DNA of 64,000 nucleotides from Eukaryota sp. GEM-RC1 (Eukaryota): NCBI GenBank assembly GCA_040285855.1, contig JAUFOQ010000016.1, positions 1,798,001 to 1,862,000 of the forward strand, read 5' to 3'. Shown piece by piece: positions 22,740 to 35,176 of this stretch (position 1 is its first letter; each line of letters starts with the position of its first letter). The notes under the pieces were generated by a model. It saw only the letters and a program-made list of their open reading frames with translations, ran no database searches and was not told where the DNA came from. The position numbers and the translations under genes were made by a program.

Positions 22740-25116
22740 TCAATCATCATCACTGTCAATGATTGAAACCTTTGATCCTTTATCAGAATCACTATGCAGC
22801 TCAACTGATCCTTCATCACACTCATCTTCAATATCCGATTCAAACAAATCCAGCTTAATTAAACGTGTTGGCTTATTATCAATAACACAACGACCAACCC
22901 ACCCAGTTTCTTCATCAGAGTCCATGTAAGTGACTTCATCGTTTTGAACAACAAATCCATCTAAATCTCCATACTCATTCTCATCATCATCGTCCTCTTC
23001 CTCATCATCAGAAGGAAAAGCAATACCTTGATCTAGTGTTAACTCTTGTAATCTAGTTTCAAGTTTTAAAGTAGATCTAGGAACAACAACTGATCGGGTT
23101 CCTCTTTCACAAACAGTCTCTGGAATTCTCTGGACTGGAGTCATATGGCCATCAACCACAGCAACTTCTAATTGGTCCTGTTGTTCCACCTCCTCTGCTT
23201 TCAACAAAAGATCATGACGATGAACCCCCATTGTCCCTAAGGCTTTGAGTCGTTGAGCTTCTACGTCATTGTCGAACTCTTTTGGCATTCTGGAAAGGAA
23301 TCGGTCCTTGAATAAGAGAGAATCAAAGTCCTCTCTGTTAACAAAGATGCGGTCAATTTCTTCTTCATCAACAAAATTTGATTGTCGAGAGATCAAACTC
23401 GTGTTGGAAGTTTTCTTGACAATTCTGGCATATTGATGCTCCTCAACAACAGAGACCAATCTATAAGCAATAACATCACGTAGTTGTCCAATTCGATGAA
23501 CTCTGCCGATTGCCTGACTGTCCTCACTTGGAGAAAGACCCAAATCAGCAATTATTACACGGTCGGCTCCAATCAAAGTGAGCCCCTCCGAACCACAAGC
23601 AGTGGTTAGAATCAAAACTCTAGGTTTGCTATCATTTTTGATTGGTTTTGTGAAATGTCGAAGACGCATTTCACGTTCCTTTTTCGACAAACATCCTTCA
23701 TAGTTAGTTGCCTGGATACCAGCAACTTTGCAGAGAAAACAGTAAAACATCCATGGTGAATAACCGCTGAACAAAAACAAGGACCGAATGTCCATCTGCA
23801 ATCAATTCAGTTAACAGAATCATTAAAATCCGAAGCTTTGGTGACTGGTCAACAATGGACTCGAATAAGTCCTCTTTTGTTATTTTCCGAGGCAAAGGGG
23901 ATGAAGAATCTTCATCAGAATCAGAAGAAACTCCGTGATCCACATCCTCAGCGATAAACTCAGCATTATCATCCTGTTCAGGTTCAAGTTCTCCATCAGA
24001 AAGAACAACTTCTTCATCACCTGCTTCGTCAGTTAGATCCTTTGCTACGACTTCGCTTTTGATTAGGTTTTCACATGCTGCCTGAAAGTCAAATCGTGAA
24101 TCAGCGACATCTGTGGATTCTTTTTTATAATTATGTAACTCTAAATCAGTAACATAATCATTCTTTTCAACTGTATCCAATAGCTTCAAAAGAAAAGGGG
24201 GATGAGTGGAGAGCAGTCGTGAATCTGCAATTCGTTTAATTTCAGCTCGTTCAGTATAGAACTTATAAATCTTTTGTTGTTGATCTGACAAGGGTACCCA
24301 AATAACATATTCTCTTTTATCAGGCAGAGTCAACAATTCCTTTCCACGCTGAGCGAAGATGTTACCAATCTTTGATAACATTTCTTGAGTAAGTTCCTTC
24401 ATACATTCCTTTTCTTCATCAGATGCACTTTTGTCATGTCCTCTTTTGATATCTTTGGCAAATGACTTTTTGAACTCAGCCTCAGTACCTAAAACATCAG
24501 GATCAATATAAGATATTAACCTATAGAGTTGGACGGGATCTCCTGGGGAAGGTGTTGCTGAGAGGCAAAGACGGAAACGAGAGATTGAGAGGCGGTCAAA
24601 GGCTTGTCGCGTTTTACTTTTGGGATTCAGGATATGGTGTGCCTCATCAATGACAATGACATTGAATTCAAGGTCTTCGATTTCATCAATCATAGAACGT
24701 ACCATGCCGTGAGTCATGAGACAGATTCCACCGTATTGAATGACTTTAGAAAGTAGAGAGAGGCGGCCTTGTTTGGTACGAGTGGTTGTGAGTTTGTACA
24801 CAGAGGGAGTAGCTCCTGAGAGACGAAGCCAGGTTTCACATTCGCGTTCCCAGGAAGAGATGTGTTCCTCATTACGGACAGCTATAAGAAAACTTTGAAG
24901 GGGAATATGCTTCAACATGAACGAAATGGAAACAAGCGCTTGTGCTGTTTTGCCCAAACCCATGTCATCGGAGAGGAGGAAGCCAGGAAATCCTCCAAGA
25001 TATGCTGCCGTGATCTTCAGAATGCCATACTTCTGAAACTCACGTAGTTTTTGGTTGAGTGTGTCATTGAAGAGCGAATAATCCAGTACGAGATCGTCCT
25101 CCTCTACTTCAGACAT
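22740..25116 (-). CDS. SNF2-family helicase, ERCC6L/PICH/Rad26-like, frameshift near 23740
   Basis: LSDDMGLGKT, IDEAH, LSATP, LP.K.EYV.WV.LS..Q..IY, G.EGLTL.GADRVII.D and QAIGRVHRIGQ.RDV..YRL. Confidence 0.88.
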
Positions 25117-25197
25117 GGAGGTGAACAAAATCGCCGGCAGAATTTCTATTTTTTTCCAACGTCATTATTTGCAGAAAGAACCGTTACTCTTTATCGA

Positions 25198-25848
25198 TTA
25201 TTTGATGTTCTCCTCCACTACTGTATCTTTATAATGTTGCTTCCCTGGACATGGTCCTCCCTCACATGTTACGTTTTCATCCTTGATCACATATGTCTCG
25301 TCTGGATGTTGATGGTGCTTCTCTTTGTGATGTCGATGACCCTCCACCACATGCATTCTCTGCTTCTTTCGTAGATGATGCTCATGCTTAATTGGAGGCA
25401 AGTAATCCTCATCACCATGCTTGTGTACTTGAGGCTTATGTTTTACTTGGTCATTCTCCTGCACCTCTTTCTCTACGGTTTTATGGATCTCAGGGGGGTC
25501 TATTGGTACGTGTCGTTCCACGTCATGTTCATGTTTTCGTGGCTCTAAGTAATCTTGGTCGTATTGATGTACGTGCTTATCTTTCTTCTTGATGTCTGGC
25601 GTTTCTTTCTGTATTGGTGGTTCGGTGGGGTGATCTGATTTTAGATATCGATGAGCCATCTTCTTGCTGACTGTCTTGACCATGTTGTAGCCTTTTTTTA
25701 TTGGGCTTACAATGGGGTTGTCAGAAGCAGTTTCAGCAGCTTTGTGGAGTTGATCTTTTTGTTTTTGTAAGTTAATAGAGTAAGCTATAACCAGAATAAA
25801 CGCAGCTGTTATAATGACTGTGACTGACTTTCTTCCAATGGTTGGCAT
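25198..25848 (-). CDS. Hypothetical type II membrane protein with His/Lys-rich luminal region
   Basis: N-terminal TM (VTVIITAAFILVIAYSI) and an internal duplicated motif (H...D.DYL.P.KHEH). Confidence 0.6.
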   Translation of the reverse strand: MPTIGRKSVTVIITAAFILVIAYSINLQKQKDQLHKAAETASDNPIVSPIKKGYNMVKTVSKKMAHRYLKSDHPTEPPIQKETPDIKKKDKHVHQYDQDYLEPRKHEHDVERHVPIDPPEIHKTVEKEVQENDQVKHKPQVHKHGDEDYLPPIKHEHHLRKKQRMHVVEGHRHHKEKHHQHPDETYVIKDENVTCEGGPCPGKQHYKDTVVEENIK

Positions 25849-26229
25849 TAGTACTGAGAGGAGGGAGAGATATCTTTCAGAATTAGTACTTTTATTTACG
25901 GAACTTTTAACTGGATTTCTCCGTTTTATCAGCAACAACTAGAAGTTCCTGGGACAACCCCTTCATTGTTAAAAACGCAGGGAATGGCGTTTCTTCAGGT
26001 CATTTTTCCACAAGTAATTGTTGCTGGATAAATCATCTAATCATAAAACTACTGCAATTATGGAATTTACCATTACGCTCCCTCACTTGCTTTGTATTGT
26101 TGAAATGACGATGTTTTCGCCACAAATACTCCACTCAACCATTTGTCTGCTCTAAGTCAGATATCTGCTGTTGAATTGACAAATTTAGAATGACGTTCTT
26201 TCAATTTTCTGTACATGTAGGTTCAATAT

Positions 26230-26484
26230 ATGAAACATGTACATCTATTTGCAATATGCTCTTACGAAACTCCAAAAACGTCTATTAAAACACTTGATGT
26301 TTGTAATACAAGTGCATTTAAAGAAGCAACAATTGAAGTTTCTCCCCTTGACTTCTCCCAAACTAACAATACAAACAAGTACGATGCCCCTAGACAGCTC
26401 TCAATCATACAAGGCATGTAAAGCTTTTTAATGTACATGTATAAGTTCTGGTTGAATCTTATTGTACTTATATTGTTTAAAACA
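26230..26484 (+). mobile_element. Family-A-like RLE LINE fragment, left part (continues at 28558-28680)
   Basis: KTLDVCN...SPLDFS....NKY...KFWLN.IV...FKTIPF, resuming MTSKNLLAL after the MULE. Confidence 0.7.
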
Positions 26485-26493
26485 ATTCCTTTT

Positions 26494-28548
26494 GGGTCAA
26501 GGACTCATATACCCCCATGATCACCCAAGTGGTACTGACCTACCCCCAGTCACCAAAATGGTATTGACCTACCCCTGTTCTCTTTCCTTCACTCTAATAA
26601 TGAACTTACATAGCCTTAAACCACCTATAACCAGTATTTTATAAAGATCTACAATAAACACTGTTCTTCATCGCTGTCTTCCTCTGAAGAAGAACCACTA
26701 TCTCCACTCCACTCAGTGTCTTCACTATCTACATCACATTCTTCTATTTCGACTCGAACAACGTTGAAATCGTCCAAATCTGTTTGTCCCATATTCTGAC
26801 TCAACTTGACTCTTTTCTTTTCTGGCTTTCACCTGGTTTGTAACGGCGGATTCGCGGTCTACCTCTCCCTGTTTTGACTTCTGGTGGAAGAATCGTAACA
26901 CTTGCCAGAGTAATTGAAAGGTCTATCGGAAGTATTCCTTCTCCATACGTACGTTTGTAGTTTTCGCTGTAGTAGTAGCTATCAACTCCTGATGCGATGT
27001 TGCGTTTCAACTTCAAAAGAGCGGCAATTCCGTGACTACATGGATAACCTGTCAGTTGCCACTTTTGACACGAACATGATCGATTGTTGACATCAACTAC
27101 AAATGACCGTACATCGTTGGTGACCTTAACAAAGGTATCTTCACTTCTCTCAACAACTGTACATTCATATTGCCATGCTTCACTCAACAAGGACTTCACC
27201 TTCTGGAAAACCTTATCACTTACAGTTCCTTTCATATCAGATGCTTCTTTGAATCTTTTCTCAAACCATAGAGACAGTTTTTCTGCGATTGCGTTTACCA
27301 TTCGGACAATGGGCATTCCTCGAACATTTAACAACCATGCATTCAAGCTTTCGATTAAATTAGAGGTCAGATGGCCGTAGCGTAAACCAGGAAAGTGGAC
27401 TGAGGTCCAGTGTTCTAATCCTGCTGAAACCAACTTCTCGTAGGCTTTAGACGACTCAGATCTTATCTCAGTCAAAATATTATTGAGATCATCTTCGCTT
27501 TCAGCTTTGGCTGCTTTCCATATGAGGGAACTGAAACGCACGCCAACATTTTTCGCTAAGTGACGCAAACAGTAAGAATGAGCGGCCTCGGGATATACTC
27601 GCCTGACTGCTTCTAAGAGTCCTTTCTCCCTGTCGCTAACAAAAGTAACGACATTGTTTCCAAAACAGCTTTGAAACTGTTCAAAGAACCAGACCCAATT
27701 ATCTAGGTTTTCACCAGAGACTACAGCGAAGCCAAGAGGAAACAGCTGTCCTTGTGCGTCAACAGTGCTCGACGTAAGTAGCACTTGCTTGTATTTATTA
27801 TGCAAGTGAGTGCCATCTACTTGAACTAATGGACGGCAATAGTTGTAACCACAGATTGTCCCCCCAAAAGCAATAAAGAACCTTTGAAACTGTCCTTCAT
27901 CCAAATCTAAAGCAGTAACTGTTCCTGGATTGTGACTTTTCAACAACTCCAAGTAAGAGCTTAGTTGATTGAAGTTATCTTCAAAGCTCCCGAATAGTTG
28001 TTCTCTACATAATCTACGCATAGCTTTGATCATGTGTTTTTTTACAGTAACTTTAACGTGTTCTTTCAAATCAACAGCGAGATCGCTGCATTTGGAAGAG
28101 GGGTTTTGTGAGATTTTTTCTTGAATATAGGAAAGAGAGGCCAAGTACTTAGAAGAAGGAGGTGGTGGAGTATATGTTGTCTCGTCTTCAAGCTGACAAT
28201 TGTGATCTTTTAGAGCTGTCACTTTATACAGGGTTTCTGGTGGGGATTTCGCAGGTCGAGATGCACGACAAACATATTCACATTGCTTGTTTGTACAAAC
28301 TGCTTTGATCTGTTTGTGTTCAGACTTTTTAAAGATGTAGTATCGGCAGCTTGCAATGTTATGTTGTCGAATAAGTTCTTTCAACACTAAGGGAGATAAG
28401 CGATTGCCGATCATGAGACCATGTTCACTGCTGTTGTATGTAATGCTCACCGTCATTCTTTGTTGAAGGGGTAGATCAATACCAATTTTTATTCGAGGGG
28501 TATGTCAGTTCTAAATTTTTGTTGTGGGGGTATTTCAGTACTTTTCCC
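26494..28548 (-). mobile_element. Mutator-like (MULE) DNA transposon, near intact
   Basis: 9-bp TSD ATTCCTTTT (26485-26493 and 28549-28557). GGG...CCC termini. Imperfect ~90-bp TIRs, each with three ~30-bp-period (G)TACTGACCTACCCC-like motifs. Confidence 0.92.
26649..28456 (-). CDS. MULE/MuDR transposase (DDE + SWIM zinc finger) with acidic tail after an A-run frameshift
   Basis: VDGTHL..KY, FPLGFAVV..E....W.WF, SDREKGL..AV..V.P.A.H.YCLRHL..N, TSN.IES.N, CSC..WQL.G.PCSH, GRGRP. One extra A at ~26812 extends the ORF to TAG 26649. Confidence 0.92.
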
Positions 28549-28854
28549 ATTCCTTTTATGACCTCTAAAAATTTATTAGCTCTCACTATTTTCTACGTTG
28601 TGAGTTTTAATGGCGCTGAATGATGCTTTATTGATATTGAGTTTTAGTTTCTTATCTCAATGTTTCTGTTCTATAGTTCTCCTGTAAAGTATATAGCATA
28701 GGAAACTTAGTTATTTGTATCAGACAAGGACGACAACAATTATCCAATCAAGATACAGTGGTAGACAACGACTGCTCGATATCTGGAAATCTCTCAACTT
28801 CTTCTAGGGCAAAATACTTAAGGTTTTCTGTCTTAATTTTGTTGATCTACACCA

Positions 28855-30783
28855 ATGTATCGATCAGTAGTCCTCGCCACTCTCTCTTTTCTTGTCTTAG
28901 TTACAGTTTACCTTGTAATTCCACTACTTACTTATACAGTTCCTTCTCCAAATTTCGAACTAACTGACTCTCCATCATCGATATCAACCATTGTCCATGT
29001 TACTGACATCCATATATCAGAAGTCTCAAACGCCACTCAAATAGTCTTTGATTCATTTCTCTCCTTATTGACTCTAATTAAACCTGATACTACTATCATC
29101 ACTGGAGATATCGTCGATGCTGAATTCTCCACTCCATCAGCCCAATCTCCTTTTGAATGGCAATCCTACGAATCCCTATTACGCAAACATAATTTCTTCC
29201 AATACATCCACTTGGTTAGAATCCCTGGGAAACCACGACATCTTTGCCTCCCTTACTCCTGAATCTTCTCCCTGGGCTAACCATTCAGTTTCTGGTACTC
29301 TGAGAAGTCCTGAGTCACAGAAGGTGTTTGGAACTGTTTTACCTGACAGTAGCGTTTCTATAATTTCGGCTTCACTTTCTTCGTATCCTGGTCCTAATAT
29401 TGGTTTGATATTCTTTCCTCGAGTTCAAAAAGAAGTTTTTGAAAAAATATCTGATTTTGATTTTTCAAGTGTAAAAAGGATGAATTCTTTCTACCAATTA
29501 TTGCTCAGCATTGGCCTACAACTACTGTTTCTTCTTACCAGGGGGTTACTGATTTGTATATACCTTATTCGGTTGTGTTTTCAGGGCATTACCATCGAAA
29601 TAGTTTAATTTTTCATTACTTTTTAAAAAAGTTGTCTAAATCACCACTTCTTGAAATCAATACCCCTGACTTGGCCTATAAGAATCAGTTCCGTGTTGTT
29701 GTCGTTGACGGTCACGTAATTTCTGAGAAATTGATTCAATGTTGTGACCCCCAGTCAGTTTTTCCTATTGTGTTCTTTCCGAACTTACCCAGAGTTGATT
29801 TGAGCGGGTTTCCAAAGAAAGTGTCACGTCAACAGTTAGAAAAGCTCAAAATCCTCATTTTAGACCCTTCGATTGAGCACTCTAATATAAGCTTATTAGT
29901 CGTTATTGATGACGTCATCACTATTACGAACTTCTCTCAGAGTTCTGATAATCCTAATCTGTTTGAAAGTTCTTTTGATTTATCTAGTCTCATATCTGGA
30001 ATTCACCAGTTAAATGCAGAGGTAATCATAAATAATGATCGTCACGAGTTTTCCCACGTGTTTTCGTTTTCGGAAAGTAAACGATCAAGGCTAAAGTTTG
30101 CTGATTTGATTGTGTTATTACCACTAGCTCAATTCTGTTTTGCAGCATTCATTTTGACCTGTTTGTATTTCTTTTGTTGTCTATTTGGAGAATGGAAAAT
30201 CTATTTTGATCAATCAAAGCAGCGGCGATCTCGACAAAATTCCACACAATTAGCTGGTCTATTTTACGAGCCGCAGATACCAAATCTAATGAATAATGTC
30301 ACTTCAATTCCTTTTTCAAATTGTAAATATAATTTTGGACTGGTACGTTTAATTATTTGGACTGTGATATTTGTCTTTTCTGTCACTGTTTATTCCTTTC
30401 GCGCGCCAATTTCTGGCACTAATAATGGAATAATCTTAACTTTTGGATTTTTGTTGAACGGATTTATTCCATCAAATTTTACCTATGTATTTTGTATTCC
30501 ACACGTTCTTTCTGTTGCCTTTACTTTTCAAATGCATACCATTGTTGACCGACTGAAATCCACTTCTGAATTTGTTTTTCTTAAAAAAGAGATGAATCAT
30601 TTGTTGAATTTGTTTATAAGTGTCTTAGGAATTGTGTCCTTTTATTTTGCATACCATTTCTATTTTCACTACCTTGTCCGTTGGACTTTGTTTACGTCTT
30701 TCATTTTCTACATGTCAATTTGGTTTATTACTTGTGTATTACATTGGCTGATGTACATTTTAAATCCTAGTTTATTGTTGTAA
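28855..30783 (+). CDS. TMEM62-like calcineurin-like metallophosphoesterase with C-terminal TM helices, about three frameshifts
   Basis: Signal anchor; DIH, TGDIVDA, GNHD, HWP and SGHYH metal-binding motifs across ORFs 28855, 29117 and 29554; multi-TM C-terminus. Confidence 0.8.
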
Positions 30784-31336
30784 GTAACTCTAATTTGTAC
30801 TGTTTTGAGTTCAGTCGTTGATCTTTAGTAGTCTTCTTCAGAAATTGAAACGGTTGAACGTTCTCTTTTATTCAGAACCATGGTTGCTTGGTATTTTTTC
30901 CTTTGTGTTTATATATAAAATTTATCTTTTCTTTATTATCTCTCCATCTATGACAACAAGTCCTTCAAATGTGAATCTATGAGAAAACTGTAAGAATTAC
31001 AAAACTAAAAGAGAGGACTTTTCAAGATGTCATCAAAGTAACAAATGTACCAACCCAGTATTTATGAAATGACATGTGCGCTCTAAATGATTCAAAATTC
31101 ATTAATTCAAACTGTTTTATGACAATTCATTGATGCAATGATTCAGTTAAGCAATGGTGGCTTAAAATTGCTTGTAATTCCTACTTGAAATGCGCAGTTT
31201 GATTTCCCACGATCTCGAACATGAACTCAAGAATCGACGGACACAGTTGTACATTTAATTTATTACTTGTTTTGAAGAAGATAAACATGAAGTTGCTGAA
31301 GTGTCACACAGTGGAGCTTATATCATAAACATAGGA

Positions 31337-31958
31337 TTAAATCCATATCAGAACAAGAGAAGTAGCAGATAGTAGCGTTGTTACTACAATGATTAGCTTT
31401 GTAGACTTCAACAGTCTTGGACTAAGAGTTTGAGTGTCTGTGTTTATGGTGGTTTTCACTATTGTATTGAGATGTAGCTCTCTCTGCAGACCTTCGTTTT
31501 TAATGGATAGGTTCTCCACTTCGGTGGTGAGATCGTGTACTTTGACTTTGTACTTCGAGGAATCTGCCACAAGTTTTTCATCAAGTTTTGACAGTTGAGC
31601 TTTAGCTTGTTGTTCAGCCATTCGTGCTAAGCGTACAGAGTTGTTTGCAGTTGCTGAATTTAGATTGAAGAGACATCATACCAACATGGGCCTCAAGTTT
31701 CAGAATTGTTGTTTGTAGCTGTTTGTTCTCCTCTTCTAGAGAATGAAGATGGTTGAAATCATGACTTGAGTTGTCAGTTGATGGTATATCAGAGTATGAG
31801 ACTTGTTCTTTGAGATATCGGTTTTCATCTTCAAGAGCTTTGACCAATTCTGCAGCCTTTTGTAACTGTGATTTACGGACTAAGATCTTGTCATCTACAT
31901 CATAAGTATCAGTTGCTATGCAATTGTTCACAAGAGGAGATTGGGTAAAGGAATTCAT
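31337..31958 (-). CDS. Hypothetical coiled-coil, tail-anchored protein (frameshift ~31620-31660)
   Basis: Two overlapping heptad-rich ORFs and a C-terminal hydrophobic segment IIVVTTLLSATSLVLIWI*. Confidence 0.55.
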
Positions 31959-32037
31959 AAGTTTGCCGGTAAAAAGTGTGATATCTGCTAATCTTGTTAA
32001 TTCAATTGTAGTTCTTGAAAGTAAATGAATCACATAC

Positions 32038-32298
32038 ATGCCTCACGCTCACACACGTCACCAGATCAAGCAATCGTCTGTTCAACAGTCTAAGGGATCT
32101 CCTCGTTCAGTTCCAGTTGACAAGGAACCATCAGAATTTTCCAAAGAAGAGGCAAATGCCCAACCTCCCCAGTTTATCCCATGGACTGACTCTGAGCATC
32201 ATGACCCAGTCAGATCCTTCGATAAAGGAGCACGTCTTCATAGTGTCAGTTCAAAACAACATCAAGGACGTTCCGGTTCCAGTACTGGAGGGAAATAG
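32038..32298 (+). CDS. Small hydrophilic hypothetical protein (86 aa)
   Basis: ATG-initiated, GC-richer than its flanks, AATAAA 11 nt after the stop, divergent from the 31958 gene. Confidence 0.45.
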   Translation: MPHAHTRHQIKQSSVQQSKGSPRSVPVDKEPSEFSKEEANAQPPQFIPWTDSEHHDPVRSFDKGARLHSVSSKQHQGRSGSSTGGK

Positions 32299-32599
32299 GG
32301 CTGGCAACTAATAAATTAACAGTACTGTTCAAAACAAAATTGTAAATCAAAAGATTTTTTAGGTTGTGCATCCACCATGTTCTGATAACAAAATTTTAAT
32401 AACTGGTGTTGTTGTAAGCTTACTTATGAATCACATTTTGTTTCTTGTTGCTATTGTGATGTGATTCTTGTGATTTCAAAACCAGAACACTGTGATTCAT
32501 AATAAACAAATCAGTTGATTGATGGAGGGTACAAAAATACATATCATAATAAAAGCTATGAAACACTAGACACCAAAATTTCCTGGTCAACAGTACCAC

Positions 32600-32990
32600 A
32601 GTTTTTATACAAATTTGTGAAAATTGATTTAAAAAACTTAGTCATCGAACGGAACAAAGAAAAAATCAAACGGTTATGTCCAATTGATAAGTTAAATAAC
32701 TTATTCTCAGACTTACACATAGATCCTCAATCCGTTGAATCTTAGAAGCCATTTTACCAATACTACCCAAAATAGGAATAGCAAATGGAACAAATACAAA
32801 TTTTGAATATAAATTTTGATTGAGTTTAACAACATCTTTGGAATACAAATCATTTTTACGTTTTGCTGCTGTTTCTAGGTCATTGAAACCTTTTAAATTC
32901 AAGCCATTAGCATAAAATTGAGCACATGGACTTATAATTGTTATAGGTTATATTCCAGCAAGACAGTGTACAGCAGTGGATTTAGGTTCA
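32600..32990 (-). mobile_element. RLE-type non-LTR retrotransposon 3' fragment
   Basis: LETAAKRKNDLY...FVPFAIPILGSIGKMA...NRLIFSLFRS. Boundaries approximate. Confidence 0.65.
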
Positions 32991-33185
32991 CTCCCATAAT
33001 CATGTCATGATGTAAATTAAAACTAACTAATTGCTCCCATTACAATGAAGAGTCTAAGTGTTTTTCTTTAAAAAAGTGATTTAAATATTTCAGAAACGGA
33101 CAGCTTCAATAAGCAACAATATTTCAAATATATACAACAACTTACTAGTAATTTGAACCATTTAAGACAACCTCCCTTTATTGTA

Positions 33186-34451
33186 CTAAATCAAATGTGT
33201 TTTCGAAGAAGGTTTGAATTTCTTGTACGCTACATACAACAAAATGCCCATAGACTGCACCATCATGACAAAGAACCAAAATCCACTATTTCCAGACTTA
33301 TTATCAACTAGATACTCAAAAAGTTCTTTCTGCTTCGATTCTAACTGTTTGATGCTCTTATTTACAGACTGTAGAGAATCCAACAGAAACTGGTAATCCT
33401 TGGACACCTTTTCTTCCAATGCAACAAACTCTGTTCGAAGAGATTTGAAATTTCCCTCGGATTTCGCCCCTTGATTCTGAATATGAGAAGTTAGCTGAGA
33501 AACTTGAGTTTTAAACTGGTCAACCATGGATTTATGCCCTGTTGTTTCAATTTGATTAACCGAAGTCTGCAGATTCTTCGTCAATTGTTTCAGTCCCTCA
33601 ATAGACTGTAGCACTGACGAGACATCGGTATCTCCAGAGTTAGTTTGTGGAAAGTGTTCTGGGGCATGGCGAACTGGTTCTGATCCTTCATGGTAAGAGT
33701 AAGAGAAAGATTCTGCTTTTGGTGAAGGGGATTCGTTGATTCCAGTCATCTTTAAGGACTTTACACGATGTTCATCGTTCAAAACTCCAGTAGCAGCACC
33801 CAACGATAAGTAGAAAGACTGAGGTATCGTCACTCGAGTTTCCACGCAAGGAATAGAAGGGAAATGGTCAGCTTCAGCGAGAAAAACACTCAAGATATTA
33901 TCACTGTACTTCAGCTTCAGTTTCAAGGGAACATTACGGAGGTTTGCTTTACAGGAAGCAAGCTCAATATCTGTAAAATCAATTGTCGACGAAGGTACAG
34001 AAGATCCGTCGAGTTTACCAATGACTATTCCAGGTCGATTAGCTGAAGAGGTTCTCGAGTTCTGAAAAGTATCTAAAATAACGACTGTGCTACTGATAGA
34101 AGGAGCCATGCCCAAAAAGGTACCTTCAGACATTGGTTGTTTGCTGAAAGCAATAGCCATGCCTTCAGCACCACCTAAACGACTACCTTCGATAGCCAAA
34201 TCAAGATATAGTTCAAAGGAATCCGATACAATAGGCCGATCGTAGGTAATCATGCCCTTCATTGACTTCATCTTTGGTGTGAGAATAAGATTGTCGGCAG
34301 TGAAATGAACTGCTCCTTTGGAAGACCAATTGGGAGGAAGAGACGGAATATGAGAACCCGGTGACAGCCATGGAGCCGAGAGTTCTAAGTCTGCGGCCAC
34401 AACAGCTATACAGACAACAACAACAACAACGAAGCAACTCAGGAGATACAT
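33186..34451 (-). CDS. L-type lectin cargo receptor (ERGIC-53/VIP36/Emp47 family)
   Basis: Signal peptide, W...G.V.....ILTP, GAEGMA, VILDTFQN, LGAATG.L.DEH, coiled stalk, C-terminal TM and short basic tail. Confidence 0.88.
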   Translation of the reverse strand: MYLLSCFVVVVVVCIAVVAADLELSAPWLSPGSHIPSLPPNWSSKGAVHFTADNLILTPKMKSMKGMITYDRPIVSDSFELYLDLAIEGSRLGGAEGMAIAFSKQPMSEGTFLGMAPSISSTVVILDTFQNSRTSSANRPGIVIGKLDGSSVPSSTIDFTDIELASCKANLRNVPLKLKLKYSDNILSVFLAEADHFPSIPCVETRVTIPQSFYLSLGAATGVLNDEHRVKSLKMTGINESPSPKAESFSYSYHEGSEPVRHAPEHFPQTNSGDTDVSSVLQSIEGLKQLTKNLQTSVNQIETTGHKSMVDQFKTQVSQLTSHIQNQGAKSEGNFKSLRTEFVALEEKVSKDYQFLLDSLQSVNKSIKQLESKQKELFEYLVDNKSGNSGFWFFVMMVQSMGILLYVAYKKFKPSSKTHLI

Positions 34452-34546
34452 TTACAAAGAAGATTGAAGTTTACTATGTACAAAAGGTTTCTGATAAGAT
34501 TGTGAGAGGATATCTGACAAATAACAAACAATGACAACAGATGTCT

Positions 34547-34888
34547 TTATCCGCATTTCAAATATACTTTCCAAGCAGTTGGAGAAATTGTTTCCGTACT
34601 GCAATTACATCCATTACACTTGATCCCGTCCCTTCCAAACACAATAGAGGCTTCATTGTAATTGGAAGTCTGCTTATAAACTAATTGAGACCAAACACCG
34701 GTTGTAGATGCCGTAGTAAATGTCAGTGGAAGTATGGTCTTAAATGGTTTGCTTTCCCAATAACTGGATGATGAAAAGCTGACATACTGCAACATCCATG
34801 TTGATCGGTTATGAACTTGGACTTGATATAAAGGCTGACAATTGGACAGAACAAAGAGAGCGAGGAGGAACACTACACGCAACTGCAT
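34547..34888 (-). CDS. Small secreted beta-rich protein (113 aa)
   Basis: Signal peptide MQLRVVFLLALFVLSNC, then VQVHNRSTWML...W.SKP.KTILP and a C-terminal CNGCNC. Confidence 0.65.
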   Translation of the reverse strand: MQLRVVFLLALFVLSNCQPLYQVQVHNRSTWMLQYVSFSSSSYWESKPFKTILPLTFTTASTTGVWSQLVYKQTSNYNEASIVFGRDGIKCNGCNCSTETISPTAWKVYLKCG

Positions 34889-35176
34889 CTTGAAAAGAAA
34901 ATGAAAGTTGATTAAGGAGCCAATTTCAGATTGCCATGACCGTCTCTCAACAATTAGACTGGTTAAAGTACCATGAATTGTGTGTTGGAGAGACGGTGTG
35001 TCTATCATAAATTTTTCTGTGCTTTACCTCATAACTAGAGTGTTAATTTGTGCAAGCTGTGTGAACTCGCATGTAATATGAAAATAGTGGTTCATCGACT
35101 TATTGGTTCGAACTGACTCCACAGTCGAATCCAATCAAAACAAGTGATTTGTCATGTTTTTGTCAGGTGCATTTTT

